Source of the DNA: Octopus vulgaris
Lineage: Eukaryota
Assembly: GCA_951406725.2 (NCBI GenBank)
Contig: OX597818.1
Span: 9,610,001-9,674,000, forward strand
Reading direction: 5' to 3'
DNA: 64,000 nt
Positions 13,896-27,849 of the stretch are shown here, in pieces. Each line of letters starts with the position of its first letter. Position 1 is the first letter of the stretch. A model generated the notes under the pieces. That model ran no database searches, was not told the origin of the DNA, and worked only from the letters and a program-made list of their open reading frames with translations. A program made the translations under genes and the position numbers.

Positions 13896-14481
13896 ATATA
13901 TATATATATAGCTCTTCACCTCTTTATCGCAATATGCCTTTCACTCTCAGATTCTCTCTGATCTCTTATCACTTTTCTTTCTACTTTAACTATTTCCTTC
14001 TCTCTAAACACTTATATATCTCATTCTATGACAGTGAAACTGACTTTTTCACTCTCATTCATTTTTTCGCGGCGTTTCACTTAGTCTTTCTCTGTTTCTC
14101 TCCCCTTACACCTCTTTTTCTCTTGCTAAGTCCCACTGTATCTTCTCTTGCTAAATCTCACTATACAATACATCGCAACGCGACATTTCGTTCTTTCTCA
14201 TTCTCTCTATCTTTCTCTCAATATGTTCCCCTCCATGCATATCCACATATATGTCTCTTACAGCGCCCACTTCCTATTATTCTTTGGTTTATCATTGATT
14301 TGTTCAGAATATTCCTCTTGCATTTCTACATTTCTCCATATGCATATCTTCATACATGCTTCCAAACACACACACACACACACACATGCACTTGTATGTG
14401 AGTGTGTGTGTATGATTATAGGCATGTATATATATATATATACATACAAACACGCAAACACACACATACATACATACATAC

Positions 14482-14512
<31 letters not shown>

Positions 14513-14577
14513 CATATATGAACGCGTATAGTTATGTGAATAAGTTTAGAAATTCTTATGTCCTACACATTCCATAC

Positions 14578-14622
<45 letters not shown>

Positions 14623-14981
14623 TGTGAAATACATTTATTTAAATCACATTTCCTCTCTTTGCTTCCCAATCAATAATTATCTGCACACAGTGTGTATATA
14701 TACGTGTGTATTTGTGTGCTGTGTACAAATACGTGCATGAACGTACTCGTGAGTTTGTGTGTTAATATATGTGTGTAATTATATAAGCATACGACTGGCA
14801 AGAATTTGTGCCAATAAGTATGCGTCTCTCGCCTTGAATAATTTTTCATTTGTAATTAGGTTCTTGGTTAGAGTTGGTGGGCGTGCTCACATCTTATGCA
14901 TGTGTACTTGCTCATATGTATTAATATATCTGTGTATATCAACGTAAGCTTGTGTGCTGAAGTGTATGGGCCCCTCGCTGG

Positions 14982-15019
<38 letters not shown>

Positions 15020-15031
15020 TTATTTATATAT

Positions 15032-15066
<35 letters not shown>

Positions 15067-15655
15067 ATCTTTGCAAGTATTTCTGATTGTGTTTTTATAT
15101 AGATTTATGTATATACATATGTATGTGTAAATGGATGTTTTGTAAATACCTGATCGGCATGTATGTGTATATATATATACATAACGGTGCATACATATAC
15201 TGTATACATAACGGTGCATACATATACATATACACAGAATGGTGTACGCATTTGAAGATGCATGTGTGAATATTTGTGTGTATGTGTGTGTACATGTGTG
15301 TGCGTGTGTATGTGTGTGTCCGTGTCCGTCTGTGTAACTGCATGCTATAGTCTGTACACGTGAGCTAACATATTGGTGTAGAATAGGAATGTTACCATTT
15401 CCAGTCGACTGAAAGAATTCCCTGCTGATTTTCAATTCCGCGTTCCAAATATTTGCTGGATGCATAAAGTTGACTGCTGGATGACATTTTCCAGAAAATC
15501 TTTACCTCACGTCGAAGTTACGCTGAACATTGATGTACAAGAGTGGTGTATATAAAGCAGGTGAAAGGGCCTGAATAAGACGTATATTTCTGTATGTATT
15601 GTCTGCATGTCTCAAAATGTGTTTACATTTTTACATCTCTTTCTTTAGCTGTACG

Positions 15656-15708
<53 letters not shown>

Positions 15709-15865
15709 TTCTCTTTCTCTCTCTTTTTCACTATTGAGTGTATACTCACTGATAAGACCACCATCTCAGACGCATACACTCGCACAACTACGGCGTATGT
15801 ATTTATGCATATATGTATGTGTGTATATAAGATTTGAGTAGAAAATGCATATGTATATATACATA

Positions 15866-15901
<36 letters not shown>

Positions 15902-15939
15902 TGTATGTATATACAGAGGGAGAAGGAGAGAGAGTGTGT

Positions 15940-15940
<1 letters not shown>

Positions 15941-16013
<73 letters not shown>
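15941..16013. repeat. (AGAT)n tetranucleotide microsatellite
   Basis: Seen directly; a second long tract lies at 30682-30783. Confidence 0.95.
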
Positions 16014-16014
<1 letters not shown>

Positions 16015-16034
16015 ATTTCTTTATTGGCCGCACA

Positions 16035-16077
<43 letters not shown>

Positions 16078-19000
16078 TATTCAGAGAGAAAGAGTGAGGG
16101 ACAGTGATGTTATATATATATTTGTCTGCTTGTATGTATGAAATAAATGATAGAGAAGAGGAAAGAATGAATGAGAGTGGGAGAGAGAATTAAAAGTGAA
16201 AGGTTTTCCATGCATCCAATAGGCTTAGAATTGAAGTTGCATAAATAGAATTGTCCCAAATAATATTTCCATAGGGTTACTGGTCTCCTGCTCTATTGAT
16301 CAAATGTGATACACAGCACAGAATTTATTGCATAATGTAATTATTAAGCTATGCAACAACAGGAAATGCACAAAGCTCTCTGAATGCGCAACTCTGCCTA
16401 TCTCTGTGCTTGTATGGCTTGGAGAATGGGATGTATTGGAGAATTTTTCAATAAAATTAAAGTATTTTTAGAAATTAGCGAATTGTTCATTGTTGGTGGT
16501 GAAAATAGAACAGATCCCAAGTTTACAAGAAAATATTTTCAGATCCAATTTGGAAGAAAGCGAAACTAAATGAATTGTTCAATATTTTATGGCAGTTGAG
16601 AGTTTTTTTCCCGCAATTTTATCTTACTTTTTTCTTTCTTGGTATCAGCTGAGGTGAGATCAGCTATTCATTCATTTTTTTTCTAACATGCTTATTGCTT
16701 GGTAAATTATCTTGCATTGCCTAAAAATGCCACGGAGAAATAGGTATGTGGCTTATTTCTAATCCTTGAAACTTCCAAAAGTAATATTAATAAAGATCAA
16801 ACACATCATATTGAATATCGCATTAATATCTCAGAATTGTAGTAGAAGTGCTAACGAAAACCCGCTTCGTAGTCCTTAGATCTATGTGAACTAGCAGCTA
16901 AATCTCCTGCAAATAAAAGCCGACTACTGTCTTATATCTTAAAAAAACATCAGCACATTGGATAATGTAGCCCTAGATACACTATATCGGGAAACAAATT
17001 ATATTGGTGTTCATGAGTGGAATACCTTTGATGTGACTGACCACTAATTTCTCATTTGTTTAACAGCATATGTGCTAGAAATAACATTTCAGTCTTCGCC
17101 TTCTCTGACATGGAACTAAGCAACCTCATCAACATCATTATCATCATCAAGAACATGGTTATAATAATCAGCAGCAACCCTATATGTGAGTCAATAACCA
17201 TCGAATTTACTATTTGTAGGTAGATAAGTTGCTTAAATTAAGCTCCTGCTGGAACTGAGACACATCAGCTATGAGCTTGTTATACAGTTGCTTTCGGCCC
17301 CAATTTTTGCTACATAGTACTCGCAAGTTGGTCATGTGCGCAAATTCCATTCCAGTCCAAGCAATGGCTTTGTTCACGTGATAATCTGGTGGCATGACTA
17401 GAACATTCTGTGAATAGAGCCTACAAATACAGCTCACTTGATTATGAAAGATTCAGAGTGATCCGTCACTCGGTAGAGTTCACTCTCACCACATAGCTGT
17501 TTTTTTACGGTTACATATTCAACCTGGCGCGATAGATGAAGAAACACTCCTGTAACACGGAAACAAGAATATATATTAATGCGTAAAACCTAGCTTGAAC
17601 GTTGAATTTCTGACGAAGATTTCCTGCACGTAATTTCACTTGAATTGTTCTCTTCATGTATTTCATGAACGCTTTCTGTATTAGTGTTACAATAAATATG
17701 TTCATATGCATAAAGCAAGCCTACTTCCTGACTAAGCTACAAGAGCAGGATGTTTCTTAAGTACTAATCTTCAGGCCACAAATTCCCAATCTCTTAGTTT
17801 TGACGTTCTACCTTTACATTACAATGTACAATACAGTATCCCTCATAAAACTCTTTAGGATATTACATGAGGTTACTTTTGTCTCCTTTTTGCCAATCGA
17901 TAAGACACATACAGAACGAGGATAAATGTAACTTGATTATTTCTTCTTTGTGATTTTAGTGACATATTAATAAATACGAGCTTCTGTGATTTACACGGTA
18001 GTAAAGTATTTTCTACTGTAAGGCATTTTGTAGTTAAATATATTGTTCACTTATAAATTAAATGTACAGGTTCCTTGTTATGACCAGTGAACGATCGAAC
18101 GATGAATTCTCTATGCAACTGCTCAACCTACTAAAAGTAGTCTATAAAACCCTCACGGCCAACACTTCCCATGCTTTTGTTTTTTTTTTAATGAAAGTTG
18201 AATTGGATAATATAGTCCTATAAAACATCCTGGGGTATAGCTTCTCTGCATTGTAGTACATATGCTACCAAAGCATGAATATATTCTTATAGCTTATAAA
18301 TAACGAAATATTATTATAGATACAATTTCTGGTGTGTTTAAAATCGGGAATAATCATACAATTTGTATTATTTAAATATGGGTTTATTTTTCAATATATT
18401 TACACGGCGATTGTCGTACTAATGGCTAGAAATGTCGAATGATAGACTTCCTTTGAGAAAACCTATTTCTGGAAACATTCTAAGTCGATTTCTCTGCTTG
18501 GTCGTCCGAACACTGAAATGAGCTAACTCTTTACATTTATTATTATTACTGCAATTAAATATAATGGGGTTGTTTTTGTTGTCTAAAACATTGGGAAAAC
18601 TACAAACCTTCTTCTTTCTACAAAAAGAAATTGGGGGTCAACCTCCAGTTGCAGAAGATTACAACAATTCAGCTTCAAATTCTATTTGAACAATTTCCAT
18701 AACCATTATGATTTTAATAATAGTGGTAAAAGTGATGAAAGATGCAACATCATATTTTTCTTATTTCATTATAGGAAACCTTGTACATAGTGAAATTCCT
18801 GTCTGTATTCATCTGTTTCACGAAAGAATCAAGACGTATTCAGAACATGTTTAACAAACCGTAAATTATTTAAGACTATTAATTCGTGTTTTTACCAAAA
18901 CATTAACCTGCGGTCGATCGTTCTATTGTTGTAGTTAATTCAAAAATTTTACTTTTCATATATATTTTTTTTCCTTTACAAACGAATCGAGTAAACTGAA

Positions 19001-19839
19001 CACTGACTTCCTTGTTGTTTTTCAATCTGAACAAACTTACCATGGAATCAACCATGGCTCATTGGCAGTTTTCTTGTTGACGTTGGTGATTTTGTTGTTA
19101 TTTATACAAAACTTCTTAGCAAATAGAAAAAACAAAGAGAAATTGATTTTTAAGATTGTTGCTTTTATTATTATTATGGATTTACATAATCGATCAAAAT
19201 ACCGTTTTTAGTACTATCGCTTTACGATCGGAGTTCAAATCTGATTTACCCTCTCTTCTTCTTTATGTGATCGACACAATAATGTTTTAGTCAATTACTA
19301 ATTCATTAAACCACTATATTTCTAGCCAACAATATTTTGCATTTTATCTAGGCTTGAAACGGATATATACCTTCATATTTCTAGTGTCGATATCATCGTT
19401 TATTTTTCATAACTTAAATATGTGGTTTTGCATCTCATAGTTATTAAATGTAATTAATCTAAGTATTATTACCTACAGATTAACCATTAGACCGGGTAAA
19501 TTTGATTGTAAACGCTATTCTGACACCTTTATTTAATCGGAAGCATCAGCTGTTGATTAGTTTTCATGTCATATTAAACTGAAGTTTTTCACGAGTATAC
19601 AATTTCTTTGGGCAAGAGGAAAACCTGGTTTCCTTTTGCTAAGGAGAGGACAAAATCTCCCACTGAAATACACACCAATCACCACATGGTTAATCCCATC
19701 AGCTTTCGTTGGTATTTATCTTCAGCTAAGTGAACTGTAACAATGAAAACGAAAAGAATGAGCCACCTTACCCAAGACTTTGACCCACAGCATACTTCCA
19801 TCCCTTTTGTGCATTAGATATTTTGACAATAACATATTC

Positions 19840-20270
19840 TTCGAAATGAGATTTAATATGTAGGTTGATAGTCCAGGATAGACTACTTCTTTCATCAAAG
19901 TTACTGCCATTTTTAAGCCTTCCGGGAATACAACCATATGAGACTCTTCTGCTGGTACGTATGCATCTTCTGATGACTTGTTGTATGCATGCATCTCCTG
20001 ATGACCTGCTGTAATACAGTTGTGCAAATGTTCTAGTTGTATACCACAGGTTATCAGTCAGAGTGAGTTATGAAAAGCTCCTTTTCAATACTCTTGATGT
20101 TATCAGTCTCACGTATGCGAACTTGATCCATGACAGTCATTTTGTCGTTCGTAGATGTTTGCAAAAGAAATATGATGCGACATTCAAAGGGTGATTGGAT
20201 TGATATTAAGCCTGTATCGTTTTGTTTTAAGCAAAGGTGGTCTACATGATTTTTCATGTGGAAATTTCTA
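19840..20270 (-). mobile_element. Possible decayed Ty3/Gypsy pol fragment (RNase H-integrase linker)
   Basis: QLEHLHNCITAGHQEMHAY...MVVFPEGLK...MKEVVYPGLSTYILNLISK loosely resembles L..I..GW...Y...VIP..L...VYWPGM..DI..C. Weak match judged by eye. Confidence 0.3.
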
Positions 20271-21094
20271 ACATGGAAAAGTAATTTTTTCGAGCTTTAA
20301 CATCAAAAGCCAGAAACTCATCTGGCGGCCAAATGAGCAACCCAAATGATGGCATTAAAACTAGTACAGAAAATAAATCAATCCTAAGTCCCAATTTTCT
20401 TTATCCTGGTTTTATGTTCCCTGGTTACACGTTATTTGTTACAGATTCCATAAATGTATGAATGTGATGTATATGCATGTATGCGTGTATGTATTATGTA
20501 TGTATGTATGTGTGTATGATGTTTCTTTGAGTTCACTAACAAAGCGACAATACTTTTTGAGTTAAGAGAGTTCCCGGTGGCATATATGTGTGTATGTATC
20601 CATTCACGCGTGGATGTATGTATACGCTTTTGTGGGAAAATATTCCTAAGAAATTGAAAAACTGAACATTACCAAATACGTTAAAAACAATTAGTGTCTT
20701 TGTTGGGTTTTAAAATATACCGGGAAAATTTTTGAATAGCCAGATAAGTATGTCATGTGAAAAAAGAAACATATTAATCACCGTATCATAGTTAATAGTT
20801 TGGCAATCTTTTAGACGTCTCCAGAAAAGTTTTGGATTACTCTGACCTAAATAAACAAAAAAAGATAAAGCCATCAGCTGTACTTTCTGAAGTCATTATG
20901 AAAATATCACAGAGTGAATTCAAGATTTACACTAGACAGAGAAGAAGTATCTCAGCTATCGTTCAGTCTGGCTGTCAAATTCTCCAGCATTCAACACTAC
21001 TTTGGGGTAATTGTAGTCCTAGTTCCCTTATACCCGGGAAGAAGAAATTATAGTCCCATGAAATTTAGCGCTAATAATCAGTTATTAAACAGAG

Positions 21095-21300
21095 AGAGCC
21101 TCTCAGCTGTCACTTGCATTGCTAATGATAGGAGCCAAAATTTCCCTCGACTCATAAATTTCTTTTAAAAAATTAAGGACGACACAATAGAATCCGAGAA
21201 ACACCATATCTGACAAAAATGATTGGATTTTCATGGCTGGAAAGCATTTGATCACAGGTCATCTTCAACCATGGCTGACTTAGTGCTAAATACCAATGAC
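21095..21300 (+). mobile_element. Old dispersed repeat family D (..ctgctagaaatagcagc..catggctggaatgcctttgatcataggtc..gctaaacaacaac)
   Basis: Diverged matches at about 16870-17040, 18110-18230, 39240-39440, 41000-41150, 43490-43600 and 44075-44230 (+), and 12430-12575 and 61690-61880 (-). Confidence 0.55.
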
Positions 21301-21742
21301 AAGAGGATTGTACAAATGTTACCTTAAATGAAAGTTAATTTTCTCGGTTATAATTCATAAGTATTCTTACTAATATTTTCAATCATCATTGTTATTTTTA
21401 GCTTTGAAATTTACTTTATATTTCATATCCACACGATTTTCCTGATACCTTGTATTTCGAGCTATCGATTTATATCTCATTCAAAGTTTTCTATTTTCTT
21501 TAGCAAATTCTCAAAACTCACATCACCTCTCTTCTTCCTTACACCATCAAAAATAATTCCATTTATTACTTTTTCCTATGTTCTATCTCTTTTCTTTAAC
21601 CTGATTCAAAATCTTCTCCCACCTTCTTTCTGGCATTCAATTCTATCCTTTTTGTTCACACACTTACATTCTTCCCCCACGTATATGTGTGCGTACATTT
21701 ATGTTTGTATTTATGTATATGAATATATATATGTGTGTGTAT

Positions 21743-21804
<62 letters not shown>

Positions 21805-22598
21805 ATACACACACACATATATATATGCGTACATTTATATACAGATAGATGTATAAGTATATACATATACCTACATACATGCATGCATACAGAAGTGAAT
21901 GTAATTTCACTCCGAAGAGTGTTTATGCCAAGGCTTCGAAGATTGATTGGTATTTTATGCGGTGTAATTTCATACAATGTTGTGTTTAAAAAAAGAGCAA
22001 AGTGTCGTTTTAATTCATGGATTAACACTCTAGCTGTGATAGATAGGTTTCGCAATATAGATAATAAGTCTAACACTGCTAAATATCTCCAGTTTTACAT
22101 AAATAATCACTATACTGCTATTACTCGAAGTCTATTAGAGAAAATCATATTAGAACTATAGCCAAAAAAAGATTTTGAAATTGGAGTTAGATTGCAAACT
22201 AGAAAAACAGGTATTCGGCCGGTCACTAGGGATAAGAAACTAATCTAGATCGTCTTGTGAAATGAGAATGGAAGCGAGTGTCTCGGCTACAATTATTGAT
22301 CTAATTGTGTTATATATATACTCTATAAATTAAGCGAAAAATTTTCCATTGATTCAGACAGATTTATATGGAGACGATGGATTACTTATACACAATAATT
22401 GTATACCATGTACTAGTCATAGGATTAGAAAGAAACGCATCACTTTTTCAATAGATTAGGCTTAGCTATCACCACAGAAGTTAGCAGCTATACGATGCTG
22501 CTCTGAATTTGAATAATGGTCTCTATTTCCTACATATATATATAGCACACGGAGTCATTAACCTAATTGATAAATTATCTAAAAAAAAGTCATATTTA

Positions 22599-22812
22599 TC
22601 TTTTATTTGTTTCACTCATTAAACTTCGGCCATGCTGGAGTGCCGTTTTGAAGAGTTTTTAGCTACATGAATCATTGCCAGTACTTATTTTTGTTAAGCC
22701 TTCTATTTATTCTATGTTTCTCCTTGCCGAACCGTTATGTTACAGGGACGTAAACACGCCAAGACCTGTTGTCATGCGGTGGTGGGGGACAAATACAGGC
22801 ACAAAGACACAC
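22599..22812 (-). mobile_element. SINE family A, 3' half
   Basis: Matches the tail of the full copies at 41317-41806 and 52268-52750 (cggccatgctggag..gccgaaccg..gggacgtaaacac). Confidence 0.8.
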
Positions 22813-22846
22813 GCAGATAGATAGATAAATATATAGATATAGATAT

Positions 22847-22937
<91 letters not shown>

Positions 22938-23437
22938 TACTTACATATACATGTAATTACATATGCATATATGGGTACAGGACGTCATAAAACGTAAACA
23001 ACATGAAATACGAAATATGAAAACATGGAATACGAACTCTTTGGTGAACAACGCAAGAAACAAATGGAAAACAACGCAAGTAACACGAAGAACGACCTTT
23101 CATCAGTGTCGGCTGTTTATCTACTCCACATTTCGAGCAGTTACGACAAGATGTGACTTCTAGAAAACAGCTGCTCCCGCAAAGCAAGACAAAATTTGAG
23201 ATTTGCGAAGGGTCAAAGTTGGTAACAAAAAACAGGACAGTGAAAACAAACAATAAGCCCTGCTAAGCTATAACGAGGTGGGGTGGCGAACGCTAGAGGA
23301 ACACGCTTTGACAGGAGAAAAGATAGGACAGGAGACAGACAAGAATGCGTGTGATCTGTGTGGCAGGTCAAAAGGAAAAATGAAGCTCAAGTTAGGAAAA
23401 GATACATTTTTTAAGTGACCGGATATATATATATATA

Positions 23438-23600
23438 GTGAGAATTTACAAAAAAAAAACAAAATGGGCGTGTGCAAACAACAAACAGATGTATTAGTTT
23501 AACGCTCGAGAAGTGAGAAAGTCTATTACATTTCGAGCCTACGCTCTTCGACAGAAAGGAACACAGAAATAAACAGGGAGAGAAAATAGACAAGATATAT
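23438..23600 (-). mobile_element. Short TA-terminated element with a degenerate hammerhead-like motif (Penelope-like terminal repeat)
   Basis: Minus strand CTGTCGA-A-GAGC-gtag-GCTC-GAAA-TGTA at 23527-23554. Homologous to 28715-28920 and 31953-32175. Confidence 0.6.
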
Positions 23601-23649
23601 TGAATATGAGAGTATACAGATTTATTTACCGTGTATTTGAACTCATCCG

Positions 23650-23828
23650 TAAACAGAACACCAGTCCATCGATAGGTTACTCTTCATCCATTGCACCTGA
23701 GGGGACAAGGACACATGGAATGAAGTGTCATGCTTAATGATACAATACCTCACCTGTTTCGAGAAGAAAACCTGAAACCTTTGGGATTATATGCTCAACA
23801 CTCTAACCCCTAGAACATGTATTTTCAC
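23650..23828 (-). mobile_element. Decayed tRNA/CORE-type SINE (family C-like)
   Basis: gaatgaagtgtcatgcttaatgatacaa..cactctaacccctagaacatg resembles 56460-56587. Another decayed copy lies at ~25248-25430 (+). Confidence 0.5.
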
Positions 23829-23930
23829 TTGACCAATATATACCATTTTTTAAAACTCGCATGTACGTATATCGATAAGTAGAAAGCCTACGGAGACACA
23901 TACGTACACACACACACACACACACATATA

Positions 23931-23970
<40 letters not shown>

Positions 23971-24869
23971 ACCTAATCTATGTACATATATACGGATTGG
24001 GTGTGTGTTTCAAAATAAAGAATTATGTATTCTTTCACTTCCTGAAAGCTGTAGGATTAATAAAAATATGTGCCGAAAGATAAGTTAGTATAATTTTCAG
24101 AATTCAGGAGTCAATACCCACACCCCGTTCAGTAAAATACTTCATAAGCTTAACAAGCTTTTTAGTTCTAACGATAAATACCGCAATAATTCCATACACT
24201 AAAACACTATGCAAATCTATTTAAAAGAATATTGCATAAAAATAACCTTCTTGTGACTCCGATAAATTAAATCAACTTCCTGTTGATAACGGTAATTGTA
24301 TTAAAACCTTGTAAATGTTTTCTAACTGGAAAGGCTTAGCTAAAGAAAAACTCTAGAAACTTTTAATAAAACAACATCTTATAAAGTAGACCTCTGTTTA
24401 GCCACTAATGAATCGAAAATCAGATTGCTTAAAATAATCATTATCTTAGGGAACCTCGACAAATTCTAAGTGCTTAAACTGTGCTTTTAGAAGCTTAACT
24501 ACACAACCTCCCTTATAGGAACTGAAATGGAGTAATTTAGTTAAGGTAAAAAGTTATACTGGAAACAAAAAGCTGAGGCAATTGACATTTGGGTTGGGGA
24601 CAAAACTCGATAGCCTGCCAAAACAATAATTCAGAGATTATTACGTATAGTGTGCATAGGATACATAGAAGTTGCTTAAATTATAAAGTATATTTGTACC
24701 CAGATGATCAATATCATTATGGGTACCATTCTAATTATATATTTTAAATTAAAGCACATCTAACCATAAATATTTTGTATTATAACTTGATTATATCTAT
24801 ACTAAATAATTAATTTTGTAATTTTACTAATACATATTAACGCCTGGTTCTTTAATAGATGTAATAATC

Positions 24870-25085
24870 ATTTCGAATATAGGAACAATACCTGAAATAT
24901 GGGGGTAAGGAGCTAGTCGATTACATCAACCTTACTGCTCAAATGTTCCTTATGTTATCGACCCCGAAAGGATAAAAGGCAAACCTCATATCGGCAGAAT
25001 TGGAACTTAGAAGGCATAGCTGGAAAAAATACCGGTAAGCAATTTATCCGATGGGCTAATGATTTCGCCACCTTCCAACTCGGCG
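24870..25085 (-). mobile_element. SINE family B
   Basis: ttatcgaccccgaaaggataaaaggcaaacc..ggcagaattggaacttagaa..gctaatgatttcgcca. Confidence 0.75.
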
Positions 25086-25745
25086 CTTATTTTAGTAAAT
25101 ATAATATACTTCAAATATAAGTGACAGATTAATGTATGTGTTTGTGTGTGCAACCTTACTGCATATGTGTATAAACAGTGTGCAAAATTTCTTTGTATTT
25201 GTATAAACATGTATCACTATAAAAACAAATATATGTTTGTGATGTGATGAAGCGTGTCCTACTGTTTACAATGTTGAGCGCATGATCGCAAGTTGGTAGG
25301 TTGGAATCTTGGAAGGTTATGTCGTTGACAATAGCACGTTATTGCACAAGTTTCAGTGTACGTAGCTGAAATTAAGTTCTAGCATCAGATGCCAGTAAAC
25401 CGTGTGATAGACTGGTGTTCCGTTCAGGGGTACACACAGAAAGGCTCCGGCAGTAACTTGACCCCGGGTGTGACACTGGTGTCAAGAGCAAGGGCAGGAT
25501 CCAGGATGGGTAGAGAAGGGGAGGAGAGATAGTTACGGACCGGTAGGTCGCGTAAGTTTCTGGTGCTTTTGGAGGAGGGAAGAGGGATTGTAGGAAGCAG
25601 GGATAGTGGTGGGATCGGATTAGAGAAGTCGGAAGGCCTGTAGGATTTTCCGACGAAAGGTTAGGGTAAAGAGATGGAAAAGGAGGAGAGAGTGGATGTG
25701 GTTGAGAGACGGATATGAGTGAGAAGAGATGGTAGAGGTGCAATC

Positions 25746-25825
25746 AATCTAGCGAGCAAGGGTAAGGACGATCAGTCTTGCGAGCAGGGGTTAGGACGAT
25801 CAATCTGATGAGCAGGGGTAAGGGT
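25746..25825. repeat. 28-bp tandem repeat, 3 copies
   Basis: caatctagcgagcaagggtaaggacgat / cagtcttgcgagcaggggttaggacgat / caatctgatgagcaggggtaaggg. Confidence 0.8.
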
Positions 25826-26763
25826 AGAAGGGTGTCCTCTACGAGTTAACAGACGGACCAAGTATTGCGACTATATTGGGTGAATGTTTGTGTGCTAGGT
25901 ATTGCTACATAGATGGATGGATGTGTCTAGAATATGTATATATGAAAGCACTTTAAACTGCGAGTTACTATGTGTATGAATGTATTTTTAAACGTATAGT
26001 CAAATACATATATTTTTTGCCGTATGGCGTATAGAAGACTAGATATTGATACGTTTTTACTTATTAAACTAATTCATTTTCCCTGTCAACTTTTAAAATG
26101 ACTCTGTGGGTCTTTTTCAAGAACAGCATCGTATGAAATTCCACCGCATATATTACCTACCGATCAATCTTCGAAATCTCGACATGAATAGTCGATGGAA
26201 AGAAACTAGCTTTAATTATTTATACAAGAAAACGTGTAAATCTTTCAATGTTTTTATACTAATATGCATTAGTGAGAAATAAATAGAAACTTAACAGAAC
26301 TATAAGTCTGTAACTCTCAATATTTTAAAGTTCAGGGTGCATTGGAGATCAAATTTAAAATATTTGGCTCACTTGAGATAAAATTTTTTAAATTTACTGA
26401 CGTACGTCGCAAGGTGGTGGGTTTACTTTTTGAAAAACAAAAGCTAATTTTAAATTTAAGCCCTTAGAAAAATATGGAAAACTTTGGTTAGATTATTTTA
26501 TTAATTGTTAATTATATTTCCCAGAATAATGAATAGCAGCTTTTTCAAACACTCTAAGAATATTCATTTCACAAGGGCTTAAATTGTATTTTTAGAAATT
26601 CATGTCACGTGATGCAGCATGAATTTTTTTCAAATATAATTGAAAGAAAATATTGCGGCACAACATTGAGCCACTATACACTGAGCACTTCTGCAGTGCG
26701 GCCAGTTCTGAATCTACAAAAGCAACACTTCCGGATATTAATTTCGGTGTGTGTGTGTGTGTG

Positions 26764-26800
<37 letters not shown>

Positions 26801-26851
26801 GTATATATGTGTTTGTGTGTGCATTCACGTATATATATATATATATATATA

Positions 26852-27497
26852 TTACAAAATTAGAAAATGGAGAAACATACTTAAATCAATAAAACATCAA
26901 CTATCAGATGATACCCAATCAATACTTTATTACACCATTACATATCAGTAAAGGCATTATACAAAATATACAGTAAATGTAAATAGACAAGGAAATATAA
27001 GTATAAAATATAAAATATAATATGTAATTAAATCATATCTGACAGCTGTTTCGGCAGCAAGGGCAGTCATACCTCATTTAACCTATAAGCCATAAAGGCA
27101 GGTATAAATGAGGCATTAACAAGGATGCCCCACGGCCTCTTCAGAGAATTTAATTTGTTATAATTGTGAAAAAATTATTTTTCCATATACATATAAATAT
27201 AAAAATATAAAAATGTAAAATATAAAAACTTATGCATAAACTTCATAATGCTACACATATATAATATAATACTCATTGGTACAATAATGCAAGGTAAACA
27301 AAACAAAATAAAACAAAATATATATCAGTGTATATATTAATATTAATAAGTACAGTTATTATACATATTTGGCTACAATAGATGAACTGATTGTTTGGCA
27401 ATTTTTAACATCTATGTATTAGCCTTGTTGGGTACCTATCTAGCAGTATATTGGATATATGTTATCCCATGGTGGGTTGAATTTTCAACCCCTATCT

Positions 27498-27502
<5 letters not shown>
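26852..27502 (-). mobile_element. ~650-bp non-coding element bounded by (TA)n on both sides and carrying a hammerhead
   Basis: (TA)n at 26829-26851 and 27503-27543, an internal hammerhead, and a hairpin gggttgaa-tt-ttcaaccc at 27474-27491. Confidence 0.55.
27030..27156 (-). ncRNA. Type I hammerhead ribozyme (minimal stem III, long stem II)
   Basis: Minus strand aaattaaattct-CTGAAGA-ggc[long hairpin]gcc-GAAA-cagctg-TC-agatatgattt. All conserved core nucleotides are present, with a G10.1-C11.1 pair, a GUC cleavage triplet and pairing stem I arms. Confidence 0.85.
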
Positions 27503-27546
<44 letters not shown>

Positions 27547-27616
27547 GCTATCAATCTACCTCTCTATCTATAACTCTCTCTCTCTCTTTCACTTTCATAT
27601 ATATCATTCGCACACA

Positions 27617-27655
<39 letters not shown>

Positions 27656-27849
27656 CGTCAACAGTTTAAAATTACCCAAAAGTTCAGGTATTTCATGGCT
27701 TAAATTGCAGGAAAAATTTCACAACAAAAATCCACTAAGTAGTTAGAAAGATGATTAAGAGACCTTCACCAAGAGTAAAAAAGATTCACATACCTACATC
27801 ACATGCCACATAAACTGTGCAATCCGGCAGGATTAGGTACTGAATAATT

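Noticed and set aside
17210-17437. 75-aa minus-strand ORF of normal composition
   Set aside because: No recognisable motif or convincing exon boundaries.
25440-25870. GC- and purine-rich block with a 123-aa Pro-rich minus ORF
   Set aside because: No identifiable domain; probably a fragment of an unclassified repeat.
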